Assembly (NCBI GenBank): GCA_964440895.1
Contig: CAYTXB010000001.1
Coordinates: forward strand, 1-24,570
From: an uncultured Dehalococcoidales bacterium
GTDB taxonomy: Bacteria > Chloroflexota > Dehalococcoidia > Lucifugimonadales > Lucifugimonadaceae
Length of the DNA: 24,570 nucleotides
Direction of reading: 5' to 3'
Below are positions 16,298 through 23,780 of this stretch, piece by piece. Numbering within the stretch: the stretch's first letter is position 1; every line of letters starts with the position of its first letter. Both the position numbers and the translations under genes were made by a program. Below the pieces are notes generated by a model, which made no database searches, was not told the origin of the DNA, and saw only the letters and a program-made list of their open reading frames with translations.

Positions 16298-16324
16298 TTG
16301 ACATAGAGTGTATCAAGTTATAAT
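16298..16324 (+). promoter_or_regulatory. Candidate clpP promoter (TTGACA-15 nt-TATAAT) overlapped by inverted repeats
   Basis: Perfect TTGACA at 16298-16303 and TATAAT at 16319-16324 in the 68-nt tig-clpP gap. The spacer is only 15 nt. Confidence 0.55.
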
Positions 16325-16359
16325 ATACACATCGATATAGTTATTTACGAAAGGAACCA

Positions 16360-16962
16360 ATGAATTTACCTTCAAATATAATACCAACAGTTTTTGAATC
16401 AGGTGCAAGAGGTGAGAGAGCTTTAGATATATACTCTCTTCTTTTAAAAGAAAGGATAATTTTTCTTGGAACACCAATTAACGACCAAATTGCAAATTTG
16501 GTCGTTGCCCAATTGCTGTATTTAGCCAGAGAAGATGCTGACAAGGATATAAGTTTATACATTAATTCACCTGGAGGCATGGTTTATGCAGGTATGGCTA
16601 TATATGACACAATGCAGCATATTCCTTGTGATGTATCAACAATTTCGGTGGGTCTATGTGCAAGTTTTGGTACTGTCCTTTTAACTGCTGGAGCTAATGG
16701 AAAAAGATTTGCTTTGCCAAATTCAACTGTTCACATGCACCAGCCATTAAGTGGTGCACAAGGACAAGCTTCAGATATTGAGATCGCCGCAAAAGAAGTT
16801 TTAAGGCTAAAAGATCAGCTAACTAAGATTATTGCTAAACATACAGGTCAGAAAGAATCAAAAGTCACAAAAGACTCCGATAGAGATATATGGATGAATG
16901 CCACACAAGCTAAGGAGTATGGATTAATTGATGGGATACTTGAATATCCAGAATCAAAGTAA
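16360..16962 (+). CDS. clpP: ATP-dependent Clp protease proteolytic subunit
   Basis: [26 protein letters not shown] (Ser), HMHQP (His), DSDRD (Asp), AKEYGLID; SD-like AAAGGA at 16350-16355. Confidence 0.98.
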   Translation: MNLPSNIIPTVFESGARGERALDIYSLLLKERIIFLGTPINDQIANLVVAQLLYLAREDADKDISLYINSPGGMVYAGMAIYDTMQHIPCDVSTISVGLCASFGTVLLTAGANGKRFALPNSTVHMHQPLSGAQGQASDIEIAAKEVLRLKDQLTKIIAKHTGQKESKVTKDSDRDIWMNATQAKEYGLIDGILEYPESK

Positions 16963-16973
16963 ATCAGACTAAT

Positions 16974-17177
16974 TTAAAATTCTTTATTTTCTAACTCTTT
17001 CTTAAGTTCAGTAATTTCTAATTCTGTTTCTTCAAGCAGTTGATTGCATTCTTTAGCTAGCTTTATGCCTTCTTTATATAGAATCTTTGATTGATCTAAG
17101 GTCAATTCTTCTTCTTCTAATCTTCTAACTGCCTTTTCTAGTTCTTTTAATTTGTCTTCAAATGAATTATCAACCAT
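16974..17177 (-). CDS. xseB: Exodeoxyribonuclease VII small subunit
   Basis: SFEDKLKELEKAVRRLE...LDQSKILYKEGIKLAKECNQLLEETE; directly downstream of xseA. Confidence 0.92.
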   Translation of the reverse strand: MVDNSFEDKLKELEKAVRRLEEEELTLDQSKILYKEGIKLAKECNQLLEETELEITELKKELENKEF

Positions 17178-18383
17178 TTATTCTCCTTTATCATTTTTTA
17201 CTTTAATTGCTTCTGCTTCAAGAGTCTCATTAGAATTTGAAATCAATATGTGGTCACCTTTATTAATATTTTTAAAATCTTTAATAATTGATTTATCAGA
17301 TTTTAACTGAGTTAAAAAAAATCCCTTTTCAAATACTTTATCAATATTTAAGTGGCTGAGGCTATTTTCAAGATTCAATAAAGTAAATTTAATTTCTTTA
17401 ATTTTTACATCTAAAGTAAGGTTTAAATTATCTTTAAGTGAGCTTATTTTAAGATTATTTATAGAAGTTTCTATTTTAAAATTTAAAATTCTATCCATAG
17501 ATAAAAAAAATCTATTTTTTAAATTTTCAACTTTTCCATTAAAAGATAGATTGAGTTCTCTTAGTTTTAAATTTATTGATTCTTTTAAAGAAGCAATGTC
17601 AGGTGAAATTATTTCAGCTGCAGCTGATGGAGTAGGGGCTCTTAAATCAGATACTAAATCTGAAATAGTAAAATCAGTTTCATGTCCAACAGCAGAAATT
17701 ATAGGTATTCTACTTTTAAATATTTCCCTAGCAACTATTTCTTCATTAAATGGCCACAAGTCTTCTATGGATCCCCCACCCCTTGCAAGGATAATTACGT
17801 CAATATTATCTAATTTATTCATTAATGAAATTGACTCTACAATTGAACTAGATGCATTTTCACCTTGAACTCTAGTGTCAGATATAATTAATTTTAAATT
17901 TGGATATCTTCTTTGAATGACATTAATAATATCTTGCAAAACAGACCCGGTTTTAGAAGTAACAATTCCAACTGTTTTAGGCATTTTAGGTATATCTCTT
18001 TTTCTTGATTCATCAAATAATCCTTGTGCTTCAAGTTCTGCTTTTAATTTTTCAAATTTTTGTTGAAGCGACCCTTCCCCCTGAACTTTCACACTATCAG
18101 CAATAAATTGAATTTCTCCCCTAGGCTGATAAATTGACATTTTTCCTTCTGCAATTACCTCATTTCCATCCTTTAAATTTTCTTGGCCAGCCCCTCCTCG
18201 AAAAAGTACACACCTTATTAAAGATTCATCATCTTTTATAGCAAAATAATGATGACCACTTGGAGGCGAGCTATGATTTGATATTTCACCTGTAAGCTGG
18301 AAAGAATTTAGATATTTATCTTGATTTAGTTTTTTATGAATATACTTTGTTAATTCGCTAGGAGTAAATGTTATTTCAGTCAA
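17178..18383 (-). CDS. xseA: Exodeoxyribonuclease VII large subunit
   Basis: TTG start; GEISN, SGHHYFAIKD, GLFDESRKR, VGIVTSKTGSVLQDI, VQGENA, ARGGGSIEDLWPFNEE, ISAVGHETDFTISDLVSDLRAPTPSAAAE. Confidence 0.97.
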   Translation of the reverse strand: MTEITFTPSELTKYIHKKLNQDKYLNSFQLTGEISNHSSPPSGHHYFAIKDDESLIRCVLFRGGAGQENLKDGNEVIAEGKMSIYQPRGEIQFIADSVKVQGEGSLQQKFEKLKAELEAQGLFDESRKRDIPKMPKTVGIVTSKTGSVLQDIINVIQRRYPNLKLIISDTRVQGENASSSIVESISLMNKLDNIDVIILARGGGSIEDLWPFNEEIVAREIFKSRIPIISAVGHETDFTISDLVSDLRAPTPSAAAEIISPDIASLKESINLKLRELNLSFNGKVENLKNRFFLSMDRILNFKIETSINNLKISSLKDNLNLTLDVKIKEIKFTLLNLENSLSHLNIDKVFEKGFFLTQLKSDKSIIKDFKNINKGDHILISNSNETLEAEAIKVKNDKGE

Positions 18384-18384
18384 T

Positions 18385-18951
18385 TTAATTATTTACTCTT
18401 TCAATATATTCTCGAGTTCTTGTATCGACTTTAATTTTATCTCCAGTATTTATAAAAAGTGGAACTTGAACTTTTAAATTTGTTGATAAAGTTGCTTCCT
18501 TGGTTACATTAGTAGCAGTGTCACCCTTTACAGCCTCGATAGACGACTTTACTTCAAGTATTACCGAAGATGGTAATTCTATATTTATTGGTTTATTTTC
18601 ATATATTAAGAATTCAACATATTGACCTTCTTCAATAAATTCAAGTGTGTCTCCTAAAAAATCCATGGTGAGGTTTATTTGGTCATAAGTTGTTGTGTCC
18701 ATAAAAGTAGCTTCTTTATCGTCGCCATACAGAAATTGAAATTGCTGCTTTTCTGTTCTTGCAAGTGTCAAAGGCCTGTTGCCTTGAACCTTTTTTTCCA
18801 TAATATTTCCATTTTTAATATTTTTTACTCTTAATGTTAAGGTTGGAGGAGCTTTTGGTGGTTTTCTGTGCTGCCATTCTACAACTTGATATAACTCATC
18901 ATCAATAATGAGAGTCATATTTTTCTTTAATTCACTTGAACTAATTGTCAT
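18385..18951 (-). CDS. efp: Translation elongation factor P with atypical loop (HRKPPKAPP)
   Basis: 188 aa; QFLYGD, FMDTTTYDQI, IELPSSVILEV, KGDTATNVTKEATLST, VQVPLFINTGDKIKVDTRTREYIER; directly downstream of the Xaa-Pro peptidase. Confidence 0.95.
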   Translation of the reverse strand: MTISSSELKKNMTLIIDDELYQVVEWQHRKPPKAPPTLTLRVKNIKNGNIMEKKVQGNRPLTLARTEKQQFQFLYGDDKEATFMDTTTYDQINLTMDFLGDTLEFIEEGQYVEFLIYENKPINIELPSSVILEVKSSIEAVKGDTATNVTKEATLSTNLKVQVPLFINTGDKIKVDTRTREYIERVNN

Positions 18952-20018
18952 TAGTAACTTTCCTTTTCTGCATGACTAAGTAATTTATTTCCATTATCTG
19001 TCATCAAAACCATATCTTCAATTCTGATTCCCCCCCAGCCATCAATGTAAATACCTGGTTCAATTGTATAAATCATTCCAGTCATAATCTTATTTTTACT
19101 ATTCGGACCGATTCCAGGATTTTCATGTATTTCAAGTCCTACTCCATGCCCTAAGCTGTGACCAAAATATTCTCCAAAATTTTCTTTTGATATTATGTCT
19201 CTTGAAATTTTATCAATCTCTTCTCCTGTCATTTCTTCGCGGGCTGTTTCGATAGCAATAAGCTGTGACCTTAAAACAATATTATAGATTTTCTTAAATT
19301 TATCATCTGGATTTCCTATAAAAATAGTTCTAGTTAAATCACTACAGTATCCTTTATATTTTGCCCCCATATCAATTGTTATAGCTTCATTTAATTTAAC
19401 TTTTTTATCAGTAGGTGAGTGGTGGGGTTTTGAACCATTTAGGCCTGAAGCTACTATAGTATCGAAAGATAAAGACTCTGCTCCTAAATCTCTCATCTTT
19501 TTTTCTATTTCCCATGCTATCTCTTTTTCAGTCATTCCTTCAGATATTTTTTTACTTACTGAATTAAATGCATTGTCACTAATTGAAATAGTTTCTTCAA
19601 TAATTTTTACTTCTGATTGGGATTTAATGACTCTTTCTTTAGTTATTTCATTAGAAAAATCTTTCCAGTCAAGTTTATCTTCAGACCTTTGTTTTAATTG
19701 ATTTAGCATATTTACAGACATATCATTTCCTTCGAAACCAATTAACTTGGATCCAATTTGTTTAGTAGAATTTACTAACCAATTGTCACCAGATTTTAGT
19801 TGGTAGATTTCATAATCTGGGCTCTCTTCTTGTGCCCTTACTGTATATCTAGAATCTGTAATTATTATTGATTTATTGTCATTAATTAATAAAAAAGCAA
19901 ATGTTCCGGTAAACCCTGAATAATACCTGATATTATCTTTGCTAGAAATAAATATAGTGTCTATATCAGTTTCAGATAAAGACTTTCTTAAATTATTTAT
20001 TCTTTTACTATATTCCAT
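18951..20018 (-). CDS. pepP: Xaa-Pro aminopeptidase/dipeptidase (M24B family)
   Basis: NIRYYSGFTG, TDSRY, DMGAKYKGYCSDLTRT, GHSLGHGVGLEIHE, TIEPGIY, GGIRIEDMV; metal ligands D, D, H, E, E are intact. Confidence 0.94.
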   Translation of the reverse strand: MEYSKRINNLRKSLSETDIDTIFISSKDNIRYYSGFTGTFAFLLINDNKSIIITDSRYTVRAQEESPDYEIYQLKSGDNWLVNSTKQIGSKLIGFEGNDMSVNMLNQLKQRSEDKLDWKDFSNEITKERVIKSQSEVKIIEETISISDNAFNSVSKKISEGMTEKEIAWEIEKKMRDLGAESLSFDTIVASGLNGSKPHHSPTDKKVKLNEAITIDMGAKYKGYCSDLTRTIFIGNPDDKFKKIYNIVLRSQLIAIETAREEMTGEEIDKISRDIISKENFGEYFGHSLGHGVGLEIHENPGIGPNSKNKIMTGMIYTIEPGIYIDGWGGIRIEDMVLMTDNGNKLLSHAEKESY

Positions 20019-20027
20019 AACTAATCA

Positions 20028-20468
20028 TTATTTTTTATAGATTTCTTCAAGAGCAAGCTCATAACCTTTTATGCCTTTTCCAGCAATCTGAGAAGTGCAA
20101 TAGTTTGGAAATATTGAGTTTCTTCTAAACTCTTCTCTTTCATGTATATTTGAAATGTGAACTTCTATGCAGTTTAATTTAGAGTCAATAAGAGCATCTA
20201 GCAATGAAAATCCAACAGTTGTTAGTCCTCCTGGATTTATAATAATAGCATGAGAATCTTTTGAATTGGATTGAATAAAATCAATTAAATCTCCTTCATG
20301 ATTAGATTGGAAAGATTTAATAACAAACTTGTCACCTAAATTATTTTTTTTAAGATTGTTAACAAGCATTTCTTCTACATCACCTAATGTTTTATTTCCA
20401 TATATTTCTGTATCTCTTTTTCCAAGCAAGTTAAGATTTGGCCCATTAATTAATAAAATATTTTTCAT
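20028..20468 (-). CDS. aroQ: Type II 3-dehydroquinate dehydratase
   Basis: INGPNLNLLGKRDTEIYG, FQSNHEGDLID, INPGG, EVHISNIHEREEFR, GKGIKGYELAL. Confidence 0.96.
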   Translation of the reverse strand: MKNILLINGPNLNLLGKRDTEIYGNKTLGDVEEMLVNNLKKNNLGDKFVIKSFQSNHEGDLIDFIQSNSKDSHAIIINPGGLTTVGFSLLDALIDSKLNCIEVHISNIHEREEFRRNSIFPNYCTSQIAGKGIKGYELALEEIYKK

Positions 20469-20483
20469 GATTAAAATAATAAT

Positions 20484-21434
20484 CTAATTTTTAACTTTTG
20501 AGAATGATCTTGGGTGGGCATTATTATAAATATTTTTTAATGTATTAGATGAAATGTGAGTATAAATCTTTGTTGTTTCAGCAGATGAATGCCCTAATAG
20601 CTGTTGAATAACCTTAATATCTGCACCTCCTTCAAGTAGATGGGTAGCAAAACTGTGCCTAAGGGTATGTGTTGAATATTTCGAATTTATTCCAGAAAAA
20701 TTTAAGTATTTCTTTAATATTCTTTGAATTGATCTTGTTGAAAGTTGACCCTGAAACCGATTTTGAAATAAATAATTAGAATTATTAGTAATCAATTTTC
20801 TATCTTTTTTAAGGTAATCAATTAACTTTTCTTTTGATTTTTTATTAAATACAACGATTCTTTCTTTGTTTCCTTTTCCTAAAACATTAATTTCGGATCT
20901 ATCAAAATTTATTTGACCCATTTTTATAGACGATACTTCACTTACCCTTAATCCAGTCGAATAGATTAATTCTATTAATGCGTTATCTCTCAAGTTTTTT
21001 TTACTACTATTCTCAACATGTTCGATTAGCTGATTTATTTCTTTCTTGCTCATAACTTTCGGAAGTGTTTTTGATTTTTTTGGAATACTTATAAGTTCGG
21101 AATAATTATCCTTTATAAAATTAAATTTTTCTAAAAATGTTATGTAACTTTTTATTGCAGTAATTTTTCTTGAAATGCTAGCACTTTTAAAATTTTTTTC
21201 TATAATATGGGACAACATTTTTCTTATATGATTCGGTTCAATAGATTTTGTTGGGGACAAGTTATTTAGCTTCAAATACTCAAAATATTCAATTAAGTCT
21301 CTAAAATAATTTTTTATTGTATTTTCAGACAAAGATTTTGAATTTAGGTAATTTAAATATTGCTCTAAAATAATTTTTATTTTTTTATCATTAAAGATAT
21401 TTAGAATTTTTAATGGAATTAAATTTTTTTTCAT
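20484..21434 (-). CDS. xerC: Tyrosine recombinase XerC/XerD
   Basis: LRDNALIELIYSTGLRVSE, GKGNKER, HTLRHSFATHLLEGGAD, IQQLLGHSS, TTKIYTH (R-K-H-R-H-Y catalytic set); SAM-like N-terminal domain. xerC rather than xerD is inferred only from the topA adjacency. Confidence 0.88.
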   Translation of the reverse strand: MKKNLIPLKILNIFNDKKIKIILEQYLNYLNSKSLSENTIKNYFRDLIEYFEYLKLNNLSPTKSIEPNHIRKMLSHIIEKNFKSASISRKITAIKSYITFLEKFNFIKDNYSELISIPKKSKTLPKVMSKKEINQLIEHVENSSKKNLRDNALIELIYSTGLRVSEVSSIKMGQINFDRSEINVLGKGNKERIVVFNKKSKEKLIDYLKKDRKLITNNSNYLFQNRFQGQLSTRSIQRILKKYLNFSGINSKYSTHTLRHSFATHLLEGGADIKVIQQLLGHSSAETTKIYTHISSNTLKNIYNNAHPRSFSKVKN

Positions 21435-21500
21435 ATCAGTAAATACTCTAATTAATTTATTAAGTAATTACTATTAATAGATAGATAATTTTTTTTAATT

Positions 21501-23636
21501 TTATGAGAAAAATTTGTCGGGGGCTTGGGCCATAGCTTCTTTAAGATCATTTAATGCTTTCTCTCTCTTTCTTCCTTTTCCAGCCCATGCATCAATATTT
21601 CCCAATATAGAAATTTCTTTATCATTATTAGGGCAAGCTAAAAAATATTTTCCATCCTTTTTTCTTCTAACTGCCCGCATCAAATAATCCCCATTGTTTT
21701 TATCAGTTTCCCTTATAATTTCTTCTTTTGTTGCAACTAAAAGCGGAGGGTCATTTTCAGTAAACTCTTCTCCAGTCCTGATGTTAATAGCAGGATTTTT
21801 CTTAGAGCATAGAATGGTTGTAGGGATGAGATTATAAGGCGACATTTCTCCAGAAGTAACTAAAAAATCTTTTAATATTTCTGAGTCATATGGGTTCCAG
21901 TCGTCTTCATTAGATTTTTTTACCATTTTTTCAACTGGATCAAGTAAGGATTTATAGAAATCTTCTGTAAATTTTCTCCTATCTAGGCCTCCATTTGAAA
22001 TTTTATCTAAATCATCTTCCATCCTCTTGGTAAAATCATAATTCATGAAGTTGTCTTTAAAAAAATAACTTAATGATTTAGAAATTGCATAACCTAACGG
22101 AGATCCCCAAACAGCTCTATTTATGTTGAAAACATATGTTCTATTAGTTATCAAGCTAATTGTTGATGCATAAGTACTTGGCCTACCAATTCCTATTTCC
22201 TCCATTTTCTTAATTAATGAAGCTTGACTGTATCTTCCAGGGCCTCTAGTAAATTTTTGCTCCTTTTCTATTTCTCCAAGATCTACAACTTGATTTTCAG
22301 ATAATTCGGGCAGTTCAGCATATTTTTCATTAGATTTAATTAATTTTTTAAAACCATCAAAGACTAATTTATCTGCCTCCGATTTAAATTTATATCCGTC
22401 TTCTCCAGGCGATGTAGAAGTTATAATGGTAGTTTTTTCAGTTAAGCTATTTGTCATCTGGCTTGCAACTGTTCTGTTCCATATAAGCTCATAAAGTTTA
22501 AATTGATAGTCATTAAGAGAATTTTTAATAGACTCAGGTGTTCTTGATATCATAGTAGGCCTAATAGCTTCATGTGCTTCTTGGGCATTAGCTACCTTTG
22601 CAGCAAATTTTCTTGTCTCAAAATATTTTTCACCATAAGAATTTAATATTTGTTTTTCTATAGCTTTCATTGCCTCATTAGATAAAATAGGCGAATCTGT
22701 TCTCATGTAGGTTATCAATCCTTCTTGGCCATCAATTCCTTCAAATAGTTCTTGTGCATTTCTCATAGTGTTTGAAGGGCTCATACCTAATCTATTTGAT
22801 GCGTCTTGCTGCAAACTACTTGTTGTATAAGGAGCAGAGGGTTTCGCCTCTCTTTTAGATACTTTTATCGATTCGATACTAAATTTGCTAGCCATGATTT
22901 CTTCTTCTATATTATTTGCCTCTTCTAAATTTTTAATATTAAATTCCTTTGTTGGCTTATTAGGTAATTTGAATAACTGAGAATTATACTTTTTGGAATT
23001 CAATGAAAACTCCGCATTTATATTCCAAAATTCTTCAGGAATAAACGCCTTTATCTCATCTTCTCTGTCTGTAACTAAATTTAAAGTTGGCGATTGAACC
23101 CTTCCAGCTGAAAGTGGTGCCAATCTAAGAAAAGAATTTAATTTTTTGCTGACTATAAAACCTGCAATCCTATCTAAAACTCTTCTTGCAATAAATGCAT
23201 CTACCATGGGCATATTTATTTCGCCTGCATCATCCATAGATTGCTTAACTGCAGTTTCAGTCACTTCATGAAAAGTAGCTCTTTTTATTTTTTTTTCCGA
23301 AATACCACTTTCTAATAATATTTGTTGAACATGATATCCAATCCCTTCACCTTCTCGATCTGGGTCAGTGGCTATAAATATTTGATCTGCCTTTTTAGAT
23401 TCTTTTTTTATTCCATCAATTATTTTTGCAGACCCATAAACAGTTTTCCAGTCAGGGTCAAAATTATTATCAACACCTTGCACAGGCCACCCATCTTTTC
23501 TTTGTTCAGCTGTGAGCCATTTATCATTAAGTTCTAAAAAATGTCCCTTGGTAGAAAGTACTTTTGTGTTACTAAGAATCTTTGTTAATGTTTTAGCCTT
23601 TGTAGGGGACTCGACAATTACTAAATTTTTACTCAA
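21501..23636 (-). CDS. topA: DNA topoisomerase I (type IA)
   Basis: TTG start; LVIVESPTKAKT, ATDPDREGE Toprim, RRVLDR, SAGRVQS, LITYMRTDS (catalytic Tyr), AQEAHEAIRPT, LYELIW, GIGRPSTYA. Confidence 0.97.
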   Translation of the reverse strand: MSKNLVIVESPTKAKTLTKILSNTKVLSTKGHFLELNDKWLTAEQRKDGWPVQGVDNNFDPDWKTVYGSAKIIDGIKKESKKADQIFIATDPDREGEGIGYHVQQILLESGISEKKIKRATFHEVTETAVKQSMDDAGEINMPMVDAFIARRVLDRIAGFIVSKKLNSFLRLAPLSAGRVQSPTLNLVTDREDEIKAFIPEEFWNINAEFSLNSKKYNSQLFKLPNKPTKEFNIKNLEEANNIEEEIMASKFSIESIKVSKREAKPSAPYTTSSLQQDASNRLGMSPSNTMRNAQELFEGIDGQEGLITYMRTDSPILSNEAMKAIEKQILNSYGEKYFETRKFAAKVANAQEAHEAIRPTMISRTPESIKNSLNDYQFKLYELIWNRTVASQMTNSLTEKTTIITSTSPGEDGYKFKSEADKLVFDGFKKLIKSNEKYAELPELSENQVVDLGEIEKEQKFTRGPGRYSQASLIKKMEEIGIGRPSTYASTISLITNRTYVFNINRAVWGSPLGYAISKSLSYFFKDNFMNYDFTKRMEDDLDKISNGGLDRRKFTEDFYKSLLDPVEKMVKKSNEDDWNPYDSEILKDFLVTSGEMSPYNLIPTTILCSKKNPAINIRTGEEFTENDPPLLVATKEEIIRETDKNNGDYLMRAVRRKKDGKYFLACPNNDKEISILGNIDAWAGKGRKREKALNDLKEAMAQAPDKFFS

Positions 23637-23641
23637 TTTTT

Positions 23642-23647
23642 CTCCTT
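23642..23647 (-). promoter_or_regulatory. Shine-Dalgarno site for topA
   Basis: AAGGAG on the minus strand lies 5 nt upstream of TTG 23636. Confidence 0.7.
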
Positions 23648-23690
23648 ATTTAACATTTCCAGTCAAATTTAAATCATTTTTTAATAAATT

Positions 23691-23713
23691 GTCATACTCC
23701 TTTAGGAGTTGAC
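23691..23713. terminator. Stem-loop between tRNA-Ser and topA (possible terminator or processing hairpin)
   Basis: GTCA(T)ACTCC-TTTA-GGAGTTGAC forms a 9-bp stem with a 1-nt bulge and a 4-nt loop. There is no clear U-tract on the minus (tRNA sense) strand. Confidence 0.4.
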
Positions 23714-23780
23714 TATTATTAGTTAAGAGGCATCCAAAAAAAGAATTTACACTAATATTAATTTTAAATCCATATTATTT

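Noticed and set aside
16277-16304. Partial dif-like XerD arms (AAATAACATAA at 16277; TTATGTAACTT at 21140)
   Set aside because: There is no matching XerC arm at 6-bp spacing, and such partial matches are expected in AT-rich DNA.
16291-16330. CIRCE (HrcA) or CtsR box upstream of clpP
   Set aside because: There is no TTAGCACTC-N9-GAGTGCTAA and no convincing tandem GGTCAAA heptad.
1016-21496. T8 homopolymer runs (1016-1023, 2100-2107, 8950-8957, 21489-21496) as phase-variation sites
   Set aside because: Runs of this length are expected at this AT content, the coding ones keep their reading frames intact, and the genes are core functions.
23681-23706. SD-like AAGGAG followed by mini-ORF ATG-ACA-ATT-TAT-TAA (MTIY) on the minus strand
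   Set aside because: The SD-to-ATG spacing is only 1 nt and the ORF is 4 codons, so there is no support for a leader peptide.
16291-23713. Similarity between GTCATAGTTGAC (16291) and GTCAT...AGTTGAC (23691-23713)
   Set aside because: The shared words are short, with different spacing and structure. This is most likely coincidence.
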